A stretch of 64,000 nt of DNA from a virus (taxonomy: Duplodnaviria; Caudoviricetes). The notes under the pieces are model-generated. The model saw only the letters and a list, made by a program, of their open reading frames with translations. It did no database searches and had not been told where the DNA came from. How positions within the stretch are numbered: position 1 is the first letter of the stretch; each line of letters starts with the position of its first letter. The DNA lies in the IMG/VR virus record IMGVR_UViG_3300029288_000067, positions 64,001-128,000 of that record; one strand, given 5' to 3'. The position numbers were made by a program, and so were the translations under genes. Shown here piece after piece: positions 63,992 to 64,000 of the stretch.

Positions 63992-64000
63992 ATTTTCTCC

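Noticed and set aside
1-64000. Numerous plus-strand ORFs of 60-300 aa (e.g. 4643..5341, 11043..11894, 47074..47997, 63287..63979)
   Set aside because: They are antisense shadows of well-supported minus-strand genes, with no SD or recognisable motifs.
1-64000. Alternative genetic code (stop-codon recoding as in some large phages)
   Set aside because: Recognisable proteins are full length under code 11, and TAA, TGA and TAG all end genes at sensible positions.
1-64000. tRNA or other structured RNA genes
   Set aside because: Intergenic gaps are short and no cloverleaf or T-loop pattern was recognised. tRNAscan-SE or Infernal would be needed to exclude them fully.

Overview
This window is part of a large tailed-phage genome of myovirus type (probably jumbo class). 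It is densely coding, uses the standard genetic code and is almost entirely on the minus strand. The virion genes are a scaffold-like protein, a decoration protein, an HK97-fold major capsid protein, probable neck and tail-completion proteins, and a contractile tail sheath. They are not clustered but scattered among dozens of small accessory genes. The accessory genes include an RNA end-healing and sealing set (three RNA ligases from different families, a T4 Pnk-like enzyme, a CCA-adding/HD enzyme, an RlaP-like nucleotidyltransferase and cyclic-phosphate-processing receiver-like proteins). They also include nucleotide-signal enzymes (Nudix, Mesh1-like HD, metallophosphoesterases, a CARF-like protein), an SF2 helicase, a frameshifted vWA gene, and an HNH endonuclease plus a remnant of a second one. 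Three sequence-level patterns stand out. (1) About 10 otherwise unrelated proteins, carrying Nudix, ART-like, zincin, SprT and cysteine-hydrolase-like domains, share an N-terminal tag M-[IV]-x-[KR]-[YF]-S-x-L that resembles a capsid-targeting signal. (2) There are 22 copies of a sigma70-type promoter, TTGAA[G/T]-N17-TAATAT. Nearly all abut the preceding gene, and eight supply that gene's TGA stop codon from their -35 box. (3) Several probable late genes have hairpins that bury their Shine-Dalgarno sequence. No tRNA, rRNA or CRISPR array was recognised. All family assignments come from motif recognition by eye, not database searches.
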